64,000 nt of DNA from Gemmatimonadota bacterium. Lineage in GTDB: Bacteria; Gemmatimonadota; Gemmatimonadetes; Gemmatimonadales; GWC2-71-9. The notes beneath the pieces were generated by a model, which saw only the letters and a program-made list of their open reading frames with translations, had not been told where the DNA came from and searched no databases. The translations under genes and the position numbers were made by a program. Positions 36,238-46,249 of the stretch are shown here, one piece after another. The stretch lies in the NCBI GenBank assembly GCA_039586365.1, contig JBDHKN010000016.1, positions 32,001 to 96,000 of the forward strand, in the 5' to 3' direction. The stretch's first letter is position 1, and each line of letters starts with the position of its first letter.

Positions 36238-38460
36238 ATGAAGTTCCCGAACCGTCGCATCGCTCTCTTGGGCTTAGCCACCATGATTGTTGGCTGTGAC
36301 ATGCAGCAGGGGGAGACCGTACCAGAGAGTCAACTACAGACCCGCTGGGCTTCTGAAGTGACCGCCGAGCGAGTGCACCCGGAGTATCCCCGACCTCAGA
36401 TGGTGCGTGCGGCCTGGACGAACCTGAACGGGCTGTGGGACTACGCGATACGCGACAGTGCCGCGCCACAGCCTGCTGAGTTCGACGGACACATTATGGT
36501 TCCCTTCCCGGTCGAATCACAGCTGAGCGGTGTGATGCGATGGGTAACCCCTGACATGACGGTTTGGTACCGTCGTACCTTCGAGCTACCGAATGCGCCC
36601 GACGATCAGCGTTGGCTGCTGCACTTTGGCGCGGTCGATTGGCTCACTCGAGTCTCCGTCAACGGGGAGCGAGTCGGCGAACATCGCGGGGGTTATGACC
36701 CGTTCGAATTCGACATCACGGACGTCCTGCGCCCGGGCGGTGAGCAGGAACTAGTTGTCAGCGTGTGGGATCCCACCGATCGAGGCGATCAACCCCGGGG
36801 CAAGCAGGTGCTCGACCCGCATGGGATCTGGTACACGGCGGTGACCGGCATTTGGCAGACCGTGTGGCTCGAGGCGGTGCCGGATGCGCATATCACAGCC
36901 CTCAAGATCGTGCCTGACGTGGACGCCGGCACCGTCACGGTGAGAGTGAGCGCGGCGAATACCGCCGCCGACGTTGGGGTACAAGCGGCCGTATCCGCAG
37001 ATGATCGAGTTGTCGCGCGAGCAGAGAGCGCAAGTGGAGAGCCACTGACGCTGGGCATCCCCAACGCGCACCTCTGGTCACCCAACGATCCTTACCTGTA
37101 CCAGCTCAGTGTTCGCCTAGCGACCGGCGATTCGGTCCAGAGCTACTTCGGGATGCGCAAGATCTCCATAGCGCGAGCTGCCGACGGTCACCGACGGCTG
37201 TTCCTCAACAACGAGCCTCTGTTTCAGTTCGGACCGCTGGATCAGGGTTGGTGGCCGGATGGCTTGTACACCGCGGCCACGGACGCCGCGCTGTTGAACG
37301 ACGTGGAGGTCACCAAACGGCTGGGCTTCAACATGGCACGGAAGCACGTCAAGGTGGAGCCGGCACGGTGGTATTACCATTGCGACCGACTCGGTCTCAT
37401 GGTGTGGCAAGACATGCCAAGCGGGAATAACGAGAGCGAAGAGGGGAAAGAGGAGTTCCGCGTTGAGCTGCAGAATATGGTTGACGCTCTCTACAATAGT
37501 CCTTCTGTCGTAATGTGGGTGCCATTCAACGAGGGATGGGGCCAGCACGATACAGAACGGTACGTTGATTGGCTGCAGGAATACGACCCGACGCGACTCG
37601 TCAACAACGCGAGCGGTTGGAGTGACCGCGGCGTCGGAGACGTAAGTGACATTCACCGCTATCCCGGACCTGGCATGGCGCAGTTGGAACCACGGCGGGT
37701 TGCCGTGCTGGGAGAGTTCGGCGGCCTCGGGCTGCCACTCGAGGGTCACTTGTGGGTAGACCGGGACAACTGGGGCTACCGAGCTTTTGCGACGAGAGAA
37801 GCTCTCGGTGAGGCTTACTCAGACTTGCTGTACCAACTGAGACCGCTGATCGGAGAAGGTCTGGCGGCGGCGGTATACACCCAGACCAGCGATGTGGAGA
37901 TCGAAGTTAACGGTCTACTCACGTACGATCGCGCACTTGAGAAACTCCCTGCCGATGTCGTCACACAGAATAAGTCTGTCTACAGCAACCCACCCATCGT
38001 TAGAGAGGTAGTGCCAACGTCTCGTAGGTCGGGGCAGCTCTGGCGTTTTACCACCGACGAGCCAGCGGCCGATTGGCACTCGCCCAACTACGACGATGCG
38101 GCGTGGGAACAAGGACTCGGCGGGTTTGGCACGGACGGGACTCCCGGCGCCGTAGTGGGCACTATCTGGGAGACCGACCGGATCTGGCTCAGACGCGTGT
38201 TCGAGCTAGAGACCGTGGAACTGGTGAATCCTCACCTGCGCATTCACCACGATGAAGACGCCGAAGTCTATTTGAACGGGGAGTTGATCGGCAGCTTCCC
38301 CGGCTACACAGCGGACTATCTGTTGGTCCCGTTGGACGAGACCGCAATTGGCACCCTCCACCCGGGAGAGAATGTGCTCGCCGTTCACGTACGCCAGACA
38401 GGCGGTGGACAGTACATCGATATCGGCATAGTCGAGTTGCTCGAGCCGGAGACCAAGTGA
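36238..38460 (+). CDS. glycoside hydrolase family 2 lipoprotein (beta-galactosidase-like)
   Basis: Lipobox IVGC; EYPRPQ, LHFGAVDW, GIWQTVW, RKHVKVEP, FNEGWGQ, GEFGG, YTQ.SDVE.E.NG. Confidence 0.92.
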   Translation: MKFPNRRIALLGLATMIVGCDMQQGETVPESQLQTRWASEVTAERVHPEYPRPQMVRAAWTNLNGLWDYAIRDSAAPQPAEFDGHIMVPFPVESQLSGVMRWVTPDMTVWYRRTFELPNAPDDQRWLLHFGAVDWLTRVSVNGERVGEHRGGYDPFEFDITDVLRPGGEQELVVSVWDPTDRGDQPRGKQVLDPHGIWYTAVTGIWQTVWLEAVPDAHITALKIVPDVDAGTVTVRVSAANTAADVGVQAAVSADDRVVARAESASGEPLTLGIPNAHLWSPNDPYLYQLSVRLATGDSVQSYFGMRKISIARAADGHRRLFLNNEPLFQFGPLDQGWWPDGLYTAATDAALLNDVEVTKRLGFNMARKHVKVEPARWYYHCDRLGLMVWQDMPSGNNESEEGKEEFRVELQNMVDALYNSPSVVMWVPFNEGWGQHDTERYVDWLQEYDPTRLVNNASGWSDRGVGDVSDIHRYPGPGMAQLEPRRVAVLGEFGGLGLPLEGHLWVDRDNWGYRAFATREALGEAYSDLLYQLRPLIGEGLAAAVYTQTSDVEIEVNGLLTYDRALEKLPADVVTQNKSVYSNPPIVREVVPTSRRSGQLWRFTTDEPAADWHSPNYDDAAWEQGLGGFGTDGTPGAVVGTIWETDRIWLRRVFELETVELVNPHLRIHHDEDAEVYLNGELIGSFPGYTADYLLVPLDETAIGTLHPGENVLAVHVRQTGGGQYIDIGIVELLEPETK

Positions 38461-38512
38461 TAGCCGGAGATGAGGCAGGCGAATGGAAGGCGCAGCGACA
38501 CGGGAGCTTCGG

Positions 38513-39703
38513 ATGAAGACAAAGCGATCAAAGAACCTCGCAATCGTGGTATCAAGTAGTGGCGTCATCGCGCTGGCAATGTGTGCCTGTGGCGATCCAT
38601 CAGAACGGGGTCAGATGCAACAGCCAAATGAACAACCGCGAGCTTCAGTGACACGAGAGACCTTTGGGCAGCTACCTGACGGTACTAGGGTCGAATCGTT
38701 TACGCTCACCAATCAAAACGGCGTCGAGGTGCGGGCGATCACGTATGGTGGGATAATCACCTCACTCCGTGTGCCCGATAGGGATGGCCAGTTCGCTGAC
38801 GTCGTGCTTGGCTACGACGATCTCGCGGGCTATCTCACCGAGACCCCTTACTTCGGCGCGATTGTTGGCCGCTATGGCAATCGTATAGCACGCGGGCGAT
38901 TCACACTGGACGGAAACAGCTACTCGCTGGCCACCAACAACGGCCCCAACCATTTGCATGGTGGCATCAAGGGGTTCGACAAGGTCGTGTGGGCGGGGGA
39001 ACCGTTTGAAAGAGCCGACGGTGTGGGGGTGGTCTTCTCATACACGAGCCCTGACGGAGAGGAAGGCTACCCAGGAAATCTCGCGGCGCAAGTGACCTAC
39101 ACGCTCATCAACAGCAACGAGCTCAGTTTCGACTACTACGCCGTGACGGACAAAGCCACACCCGTCAATCTGACGCAGCACAGCTATTTCAATCTGGCCG
39201 GCGACGGCAGTGGTGACATCCTGGATCATCTGCTCACGATCTACGCCGGTCACTTCACACCGGTGGATTCCACCTTGATACCTACTGGAGCGATCGCTCC
39301 CGTCACCGGAACGCCATTCGACTTCCGCTCGGCGACGGAGATAGGCGCGCGCATCGACCAGGATGAGGAGCAACTCAGACACGGCCAGGGGTACGATCAC
39401 AACTTCGTGCTCGACCGCGGAGATTCGGCGCTGGCACACGCAGCCCGGGTTTACGAGCCGGCCACGGGGAGATTGATGGACGTGTACACCACTGAGCCGG
39501 GGATCCAGTTCTACACGGGCAACTTCCTGGACGGCAGCATCACAGGGAAAGCCGGTCGTGTGTATCAGCGGCGTTACGGGTTCTGTCTCGAGACGCAGCA
39601 CTTTCCCGACTCGCCCAACCAGCCGCAGTTTCCCGCGACGATCCTGCGGCCCGACGAAGAGCATCGGTCCAGGACGACGTACGTCTTCGGGGTGAGACCT
39701 TGA
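38513..39703 (+). CDS. galM: aldose 1-epimerase (galactose mutarotase), lipoprotein-like N-terminus
   Basis: GRYGNRI, NHLHGG, NLTQHSYFNL, GYDHNF, FCLETQHFPD. Confidence 0.93.
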   Translation: MKTKRSKNLAIVVSSSGVIALAMCACGDPSERGQMQQPNEQPRASVTRETFGQLPDGTRVESFTLTNQNGVEVRAITYGGIITSLRVPDRDGQFADVVLGYDDLAGYLTETPYFGAIVGRYGNRIARGRFTLDGNSYSLATNNGPNHLHGGIKGFDKVVWAGEPFERADGVGVVFSYTSPDGEEGYPGNLAAQVTYTLINSNELSFDYYAVTDKATPVNLTQHSYFNLAGDGSGDILDHLLTIYAGHFTPVDSTLIPTGAIAPVTGTPFDFRSATEIGARIDQDEEQLRHGQGYDHNFVLDRGDSALAHAARVYEPATGRLMDVYTTEPGIQFYTGNFLDGSITGKAGRVYQRRYGFCLETQHFPDSPNQPQFPATILRPDEEHRSRTTYVFGVRP

Positions 39704-40692
39704 GCCTGACGAGCGGCGGCGGTAGGTGGAAATCTCCCACAGCAACCGCAGTGCGCCTGGGTCGGGCAGCGGCATGCCTGGCACTAGCCTGGTGCGTTGG
39801 CGCGTGTAGCGATCCTGGTGACGAACTTCCGTCCTGGGAGGGATTGCTCTCCATCAACGGCACCGAGCTGTACGTCAAACGGCTCGGCGTTGGGGAGCCG
39901 ATTGTGGTCGTTCACGGCGGGCCGGTACTGGAGCACGGTTACCTGCTGCCGCATCTCGCTCCGCTCGCCGAGTCGTACGAGTTGATCTTCTTCGATCAGC
40001 GGCTGAGCGGGCGTTCCGCACCGGGCGTCGACAGTGCCAGCGTTCGGCTCGCCACGTTCGTAGACGATATCGCAGCAGTGCGCCAGGCACTCGGGCTCGA
40101 CCGCATCCATCTCATGGCACATTCCTGGGGCGGCCTGCTGGCTATGCACTATGCGCTCGAGCATCAGGAGCAGCTCATATCGCTGGTGTTGTTGAACTCC
40201 ATGAGTCCGAGTAGCGATCTCTGGCAGGAGGAGGAGCGGTTGCTGGCAGGGAGAGTGACCGCGGCGGACAGTACGGCGCGTGCCACCCTGCGGGAGTCAC
40301 AAGCGTTTGCGGCTCGCGAGGCGGAGGCTATCAGGCAAATGCTGCTCCTATCCTTCAAGACTCAGTTCCACGACCCAAACCGCAGCGGGGATCTCGACAT
40401 CTACGTGCCGGACGACTACGTGGACCGCAGCAGGCAGTTCGGTTACATGATGGTGGATCTGGCGGCCTTCGATCTGCGCGCCGAGCTGGATCGCATCACG
40501 GTCCCTACCTTGTTGATTTACGGATCTGATGAACCTGCAGTGACTCTGGGCGGCTCGGCGTTGCGCGAAGGGCTGCAAAACGAGGAGTTCGTGATCATCG
40601 AAAACGCCGGTCATTTTCCGTTCATCGAGCAGCCGGAGGTGTTCCTTCTCACCGTGCGGAAGTTCCTCGATGCCCGACGATCGGAAAACTGA
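39700..40692 (+). CDS. alpha/beta hydrolase (proline iminopeptidase-like)
   Basis: HGGP, HSWGG nucleophile elbow, AGHFPF; lipobox VGAC. Confidence 0.88.
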   Translation: MSLTSGGGRWKSPTATAVRLGRAAACLALAWCVGACSDPGDELPSWEGLLSINGTELYVKRLGVGEPIVVVHGGPVLEHGYLLPHLAPLAESYELIFFDQRLSGRSAPGVDSASVRLATFVDDIAAVRQALGLDRIHLMAHSWGGLLAMHYALEHQEQLISLVLLNSMSPSSDLWQEEERLLAGRVTAADSTARATLRESQAFAAREAEAIRQMLLLSFKTQFHDPNRSGDLDIYVPDDYVDRSRQFGYMMVDLAAFDLRAELDRITVPTLLIYGSDEPAVTLGGSALREGLQNEEFVIIENAGHFPFIEQPEVFLLTVRKFLDARRSEN

Positions 40693-40888
40693 GCCGGCCC
40701 ACCTTTGTGTGATGCCCAGCGGTCACTCAAGCGGTCGACGACAATTGTCTGCCCGAATCATCTCAGAAGGACATGTCTGTTCCGACCCACACTGCCAATC
40801 TCCCTGGTATGAAAGCCAATTTGCTGATAGCTTAGTTTCGAGGCCCGCAGCTAATACCGTGCCACGATTGTGACCGTGGGGTCGGCCT

Positions 40889-40936
40889 CGCCGCCTGACA
40901 GACGCCGCAACGAGACGCCCGCCCGACGACGAGACC
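40889..40936 (+). repeat. dispersed intergenic element, copy B
   Basis: CGCCGCCTGACAGACGCC-gcaacga-GACGCCCGCCCGACGACGAGACC; blocks identical to 1365-1411 on minus. Confidence 0.85.
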
Positions 40937-41137
40937 ACTGGGACACTGAACGCAGTATCGACCTTGGAGATTCGTCGATGCTTGAGCAGTAAGCTGCGGC
41001 TCATGCTCTTCAGTGTGATGTGGTTGCGTGGCCCAACAAGTAGCCGCGCTACGTGAGGTTACCATGCTTGGGTCAGCCAAGCGGCACTTGCGAACGAGAG
41101 TACAGGCTCACTCGAGATTGAATCGAGGAGTGTGACG

Positions 41138-42697
41138 ATGCAGGTGATATGTATTTCGAGAGGCACGCTCGGTCGCGGGAAGGATCTGGCCGAGGTGACA
41201 GCCAAGAAGCTGGACTTCGCCTGTCTGAGCCGAGAAGAGCTAGTCGAGGCCGCAGTCAAAGAAGGCATCCAGGTAGGCAAACTGGAGATGGCGATGCTCA
41301 AACCTCAGGCGTTCAGTGAACGTCTGGCCCTCGAGCGCGAGCACTATCAGGCGTTTTGTACGGCCTATTTGTGCGACCGCGCCGTTTCAGGGGATCTCGT
41401 CTATCACGGCCGCACCGGTCACCTGCTTCTCCCCGGAGTGAGTCACGTGCTCAGAGTACGTGTGGTCTCTGACCAGGAGCACAGAATCCGGGCCGTCATG
41501 AATCAGATGGGGATAGAGAGGAATAAGGCTCGCAGGTACATCGAAGAAGTAGATGAGGACAGGAAGCGTTGGGCCAAATCGATGTACGGCGTGTCGTTGG
41601 ATGAAGTGATCAACTACGACTTCATTGTGAACCTCGAGCAGATGAGTCTGGAGAACGCTGCTAGTGCGCTGCTTGGTGTAGCCCAGCTTCCTGACTTCCA
41701 GATGACACCGGCTTCCAAGAAGGCCGTGCTGAACTTGCAGCTTGGGGCAAGGGTGCGTCTGGAGTTGGCAAGGGATGAGCGAACCTGTGGGGCTACCTTC
41801 AAGGTTCGAGCGGATGCTGGAACCGTCACTGTGAGCTATCTGCCGCAGGATTCCAAGGTCGCCGAGTTCATCCCCGAGGTGCTTCAGCCGGTCGTGGGTG
41901 TCGGTGAGGTCAGAATCACGATGGCAATGACCAACATCCTCTGGATCCAGCAAGAATTCCAGCCGCACTCAGAGACCTACGAAAAAGTCGTCGAGATTGC
42001 CAGAAAGTGGAACGCTGCGGTCGAGCTCATGAGACTGGCGCCGGAGGAACAGATTCCCTCGTTGCAGCAACAGGGCGTGACCGACCCGACGCGGGCAATG
42101 GCAAGCGTTGTCCGTAAAGAGTACGACGGAGGAATCGAGGACGACACCGCTGACGTCTCGGGTAACGATGGAGGCCTCAAGCCAACTCTTGACGAGCTGG
42201 CAATGGTCGGCCGGTCAGGTGGGGGACGGTCAGTCTACGGCGACCACCATCAACTGATTGAGCTGCTCGACCGGCACATTCCCTACACACTGGTGGTCAT
42301 TGGGAACGTGTTCCTGGCAAAGGGACACGCTGCCAAGCTCCGCGCCACCCGCGATCTGCGCAGCTTCCTGAGTGACCGAATCAAGGCTCCTGTGGTCACC
42401 GCTGATGAACTCGGCAGCCAATACCTGTTCGGTAAACGGGACATCACCCGTACCGTGGTTTTTGCTGCTTTGGCCCTCGCAATGTACTGGCTGGTGTTTG
42501 CCCACCAGGAGCCCATACTGGGATTTCTAGCACACTCCGGTTGGTACGCAGAGGCAGTGGAAGGCACCTTCCTGGCAAGGTTCAGTTGGCTGCCGAAAGT
42601 CATCGTGTCAGCGGCGGTGTTCCTCGTAATACCCGTGGTTGCGTACACATACGGAAGCGTGACCAGCGCGATTCTGAAACTCATGAAGATGGAATAA
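41138..42697 (+). CDS. cytidylate-kinase-like family protein with extended C-terminus and two TMs
   Basis: VICISRGTLGRGK, VYHGRTGH, D..R..W...YG......YD..VN. Confidence 0.8.
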   Translation: MQVICISRGTLGRGKDLAEVTAKKLDFACLSREELVEAAVKEGIQVGKLEMAMLKPQAFSERLALEREHYQAFCTAYLCDRAVSGDLVYHGRTGHLLLPGVSHVLRVRVVSDQEHRIRAVMNQMGIERNKARRYIEEVDEDRKRWAKSMYGVSLDEVINYDFIVNLEQMSLENAASALLGVAQLPDFQMTPASKKAVLNLQLGARVRLELARDERTCGATFKVRADAGTVTVSYLPQDSKVAEFIPEVLQPVVGVGEVRITMAMTNILWIQQEFQPHSETYEKVVEIARKWNAAVELMRLAPEEQIPSLQQQGVTDPTRAMASVVRKEYDGGIEDDTADVSGNDGGLKPTLDELAMVGRSGGGRSVYGDHHQLIELLDRHIPYTLVVIGNVFLAKGHAAKLRATRDLRSFLSDRIKAPVVTADELGSQYLFGKRDITRTVVFAALALAMYWLVFAHQEPILGFLAHSGWYAEAVEGTFLARFSWLPKVIVSAAVFLVIPVVAYTYGSVTSAILKLMKME

Positions 42698-42721
42698 ACG
42701 AAACACTCGGAGCGATTCTTG

Positions 42722-43819
42722 ATGGAGAATCTACTCTTCGGCCACTTCGTTCACCTAGACCTAGCTGGTGCTCTCCAGGTGGTGGCAATCGGCTTCATCG
42801 GTGGCACGCTCAGCGGCTTCATCGGCAGCGGTGGTGCGTTTTTCATGACGCCCGGCATGATGAATCTGGGTGTGCCAGGCGTCGTCGCTGTGGGGAGCAA
42901 CATCGCGCATAAGTTCGGCAAGGCGATGATGGGGAGCAGGAGACACCGCGAATACGGCAACGTGGACAGGCGGCTCTCGGTGTTCATGGTCACCACCTCT
43001 TTTGCAGGTATCCAGCTGGCAGTCTGGATCAACAGTGCCCTATTCAAGGGAGCTGGGGGAGAGCATGGAACTGGAGGTTCGGGAGCATCGAACCTCTACA
43101 TTAGCATGGTCTTCATTCTCATATTGTCAGTCGTGGCAGTCTCGATGTTGCGTGATGCGCTCAGACGTGATGGAGGAGACGGGACTCCTTCCATGAGAAT
43201 CACGAACTTCTTGTCGAGACTCTATCTGCCACCATACATCTATTTCACAGTTGCCGATGTGAAGGTTTCGCTGTGGATAGTGCTGATAGCTGGGCTGGCC
43301 ACAGGGTACTTGGCCGGTACCATTGGTGTTGGTGGGTTCATCGGCGTGCCCGCCATGATCTATTTGTTTGGTGTGGCAACCCCGGTAGCGGCCGGTTCGG
43401 AACTGTATTTGGCTCAATTCATGGGTGCGTGGGGTGCGATCAACTATGCCTACCAGGGCCTGGTAGACTTACGACTCACCATGCTGCTTTATCTCGGGTC
43501 GCTGCTTGGCATCTTCATAGGTGCTTACGGAGTCAAAGTAGTACGAGAAGTGATGATAAGGATGGTTACTGCGATTGTGATTCTACTATGCGTGCTGAGT
43601 CGGGCTATTGCGGTTCCCATGTACCTGCGTGAGTTGGGATGGATTGGTATGAACCCTGACTGGGACAAGTACTTCAACCAGGCCAGTAAGGCGATGCTCT
43701 TCGCAGCCGGGATTTCTGGCATCGTTGTCATTCTCTACAATGTCATCAAGGCATATCGGCAGAGAAGGCAGATCCAGACCACTCTAGTTAGACTGAGAGT
43801 TGAAGGAGAAGCGGCTTAG
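42722..43819 (+). CDS. TauE/SafE-family sulfite-exporter-like permease
   Basis: GTLSGFIGSGGAFFMTP and GYLAGTIGVGGFIGVPAMIY internal repeats; multiple TMs. Confidence 0.88.
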   Translation: MENLLFGHFVHLDLAGALQVVAIGFIGGTLSGFIGSGGAFFMTPGMMNLGVPGVVAVGSNIAHKFGKAMMGSRRHREYGNVDRRLSVFMVTTSFAGIQLAVWINSALFKGAGGEHGTGGSGASNLYISMVFILILSVVAVSMLRDALRRDGGDGTPSMRITNFLSRLYLPPYIYFTVADVKVSLWIVLIAGLATGYLAGTIGVGGFIGVPAMIYLFGVATPVAAGSELYLAQFMGAWGAINYAYQGLVDLRLTMLLYLGSLLGIFIGAYGVKVVREVMIRMVTAIVILLCVLSRAIAVPMYLRELGWIGMNPDWDKYFNQASKAMLFAAGISGIVVILYNVIKAYRQRRQIQTTLVRLRVEGEAA

Positions 43820-43910
43820 AACAACCGACACAGCTCGTTGTCGGCATGCGACGCTATTGGGTGATCGCAAGGAAGACCGCCATTGACACCATGAATAGGT
43901 GATTTGTGCC

Positions 43911-44558
43911 ATGAGCGAGAAGAACGAGGATCAGAAGAGCGACGACAAGAAGACCACCAAGATCGATGATTGGATGGTCAGGATCTCCTTTGCCGAAGCC
44001 GGGGAGCCGGACGCCGGTTTCAAGCTCACTGGCCTCGACGTAGTCAGGAAGGCCAAGCTCGCTCTCGACAAGATAATGGTCGTGAGGTCTGAGAGAGAGG
44101 CAGCAAAGAAGGAAGGTGATGAGGCGGACATCATGACGGTTAGAAAACCAGACCGAAAGAAGGTGCCCATGGAAGACAAAGTGCGCATCATGATCCTGGA
44201 TGACGAGCCCATTGTCGGGAAGCGATTGGAGCCGGCTCTGACCAAACACGGCTTCCTCGTTGAAGTGTTTGAGGATCCGACCAAAGCGCTTCAGCGGCTT
44301 GACGAGCAGGATTTCGATATTGTTGTCACGGATCTGAGGATGGAGGTGGTAGACGGCATTGAGGTGCTGGAACACATCATGTCCAAGTGTGAGCACACAA
44401 GGGTGATACTGATTACGGGATATGCCACCGTTGAGGTCGCCAGAGAGGCTCTGGTCAAGGGCGCGTTTGACTTCATAGCGAAGCCGTTCAAACCGAAGGA
44501 TCTCCGTGCTGTGATCAACAAGGCGGCTCTGTCTTTGGGACACGAGGGGGTCTTGTAG
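43911..44558 (+). CDS. REC-only response regulator with 86-aa N-terminal extension
   Basis: ILDDE, VVTDLRM, ITG, AKPF; the REC domain starts at ATG 44169. Confidence 0.85.
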   Translation: MSEKNEDQKSDDKKTTKIDDWMVRISFAEAGEPDAGFKLTGLDVVRKAKLALDKIMVVRSEREAAKKEGDEADIMTVRKPDRKKVPMEDKVRIMILDDEPIVGKRLEPALTKHGFLVEVFEDPTKALQRLDEQDFDIVVTDLRMEVVDGIEVLEHIMSKCEHTRVILITGYATVEVAREALVKGAFDFIAKPFKPKDLRAVINKAALSLGHEGVL

Positions 44559-44562
44559 TCAA

Positions 44563-46149
44563 ATGCGAGACAGCGAGGACCTGGCCAACGGATCGCTGAC
44601 GGCGTCCTCATTTACCGAGGACGGGCGGTCCTCACTGAAAGAGATCGGGGAAAAGGCTCAACGAGCCTTGAGGGAACGCCCACGTTTCTCTATCCGTAAC
44701 CGACTCGGGTTGGGCTTCCTGGTTTGGTTCGTTCTCAGCCTGGGCATTGCAATCATCTCCACGATCCTCATCACGCGTATCAAGAACAAACTGTACTTTA
44801 CCGAGGCTGCGAACAATTACACGTTTGAGATACAGCAGGCCCGGCGGTTCGAAAAGAACTACTTTCTGTATCATACCAACCTCGACGACGCGCTCGATCA
44901 CGTGCACAACGCCCAGCGGATTCTAGAGTCAGAACGTGACAACATTGAATCTGTAGTGGGGGCCGGGAACTTTGAGGCCATGGATGTACATGTGGGGCGC
45001 TATGAGGAATTGCTCATCCAGTTGCGGGTGCTCGATCGTTTGGGAGAGCCCGAGTCGCAGAGAGGATATGCCGAAATCGAGGCGGAGCTGCGGGAACACG
45101 GCTCGGAGATGGTCGCGGTAGCGGAGGATCTCGTAGCTAGAGAGCGTAGGGCTGTGAACTCGATGCTCCTCACGTCTCAGCGGATCCCCGTCGCTTTTCT
45201 CTTTGTCCTCATCTTATTGATACTCTTCCTAGGGTTCTTCATCGCCCGGCAAATGCTGGCACCGCTCAATCGCATGGTGCAAGCCGCCACCAGGATGGCG
45301 GCCGGTAACCTCACGCCCATCATGCCGAGGCGAAAGTACTATGATGAGTTTTCGGAGCTGGCGCTGGCGATGAACAACATGATGCTCCAGCTGGTGCATC
45401 GACACGAACTGTTGGTGCAGGCGCACAAGCTCAAGGCCGTGGGGACGCTCACGGCAGGTGTGGCGCACGAGTTGAACAATCCCATCAACAACATCATGCT
45501 GACCGCAAGCATGCTCCAAGAGGATTATCAGGAACTGTCCGAGGAACAGCGACTGGACATGACCAACGATCTGGTTGGTGAGTCTGAAAGGGCTCAGAAG
45601 ATCGTGCGAAACCTGCTCGACTTTGCCCGCGAGAGCAACATAGAGACCCAGGCGATCAGAGCGGAGGACATCGTTGCGGAGACTCTGCAGCTCGCCAGCA
45701 ACCAAGTGAAGCTGGCGAAGGTGAAGGTCAGCGGGGAATTAGACGAAAGCATACCACCGATCTACGGTGATCGCCAGCAGCTCACGCAGGTGTTTCTGAA
45801 TATCGTACTCAACGCGTTGGACTCCATGCCCCAGGGAGGAAAGCTCGGCATCTCCATCAGAAACACCAAGAACCGCGACTTCGTGGCGGTGGAATTCGCG
45901 GACAGTGGAACGGGCATAGGGGAGCAGGAACTCAAGAGCATCTTCGATCCCTTCTTCACGACCAAACCCGATGCGAAGGGCACGGGGTTGGGGTTGTCGG
46001 TGTCTCTGGGAATTATCAAACAACATGGTGGTGACATCCAGGTGCGGAGTCGGATCAACGAAGGCACCACATTCACGATCCTGCTCCCCATCGCGCAAGT
46101 GCCGGCTGATATATCGGACGAGCGGGAACTAGACGAAGTGACAGTGTGA
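44563..46149 (+). CDS. HAMP-domain NtrB-like sensor histidine kinase
   Basis: VAHELNNP, QVFLNIVLNA, DSGTGI, FDPFFTTK, GTGLGL. Confidence 0.93.
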   Translation: MRDSEDLANGSLTASSFTEDGRSSLKEIGEKAQRALRERPRFSIRNRLGLGFLVWFVLSLGIAIISTILITRIKNKLYFTEAANNYTFEIQQARRFEKNYFLYHTNLDDALDHVHNAQRILESERDNIESVVGAGNFEAMDVHVGRYEELLIQLRVLDRLGEPESQRGYAEIEAELREHGSEMVAVAEDLVARERRAVNSMLLTSQRIPVAFLFVLILLILFLGFFIARQMLAPLNRMVQAATRMAAGNLTPIMPRRKYYDEFSELALAMNNMMLQLVHRHELLVQAHKLKAVGTLTAGVAHELNNPINNIMLTASMLQEDYQELSEEQRLDMTNDLVGESERAQKIVRNLLDFARESNIETQAIRAEDIVAETLQLASNQVKLAKVKVSGELDESIPPIYGDRQQLTQVFLNIVLNALDSMPQGGKLGISIRNTKNRDFVAVEFADSGTGIGEQELKSIFDPFFTTKPDAKGTGLGLSVSLGIIKQHGGDIQVRSRINEGTTFTILLPIAQVPADISDERELDEVTV

Positions 46150-46249
46150 AAACTGACTAGAACCAACGAGCAGGTGGCTGACCGCTCCGCAAGCACTCAC
46201 TAATCGGGTATGATCCTCCCGCAGGGGCGATGTGTGTCGGACTGGGGCA

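Noticed and set aside
40889..40936. Assigning the repeat to a known riboswitch (yybP-ykoY, ZTP, guanidine)
   Set aside because: Only short words such as GAGACC or ACGA match; the required stems and 5' motifs are absent.
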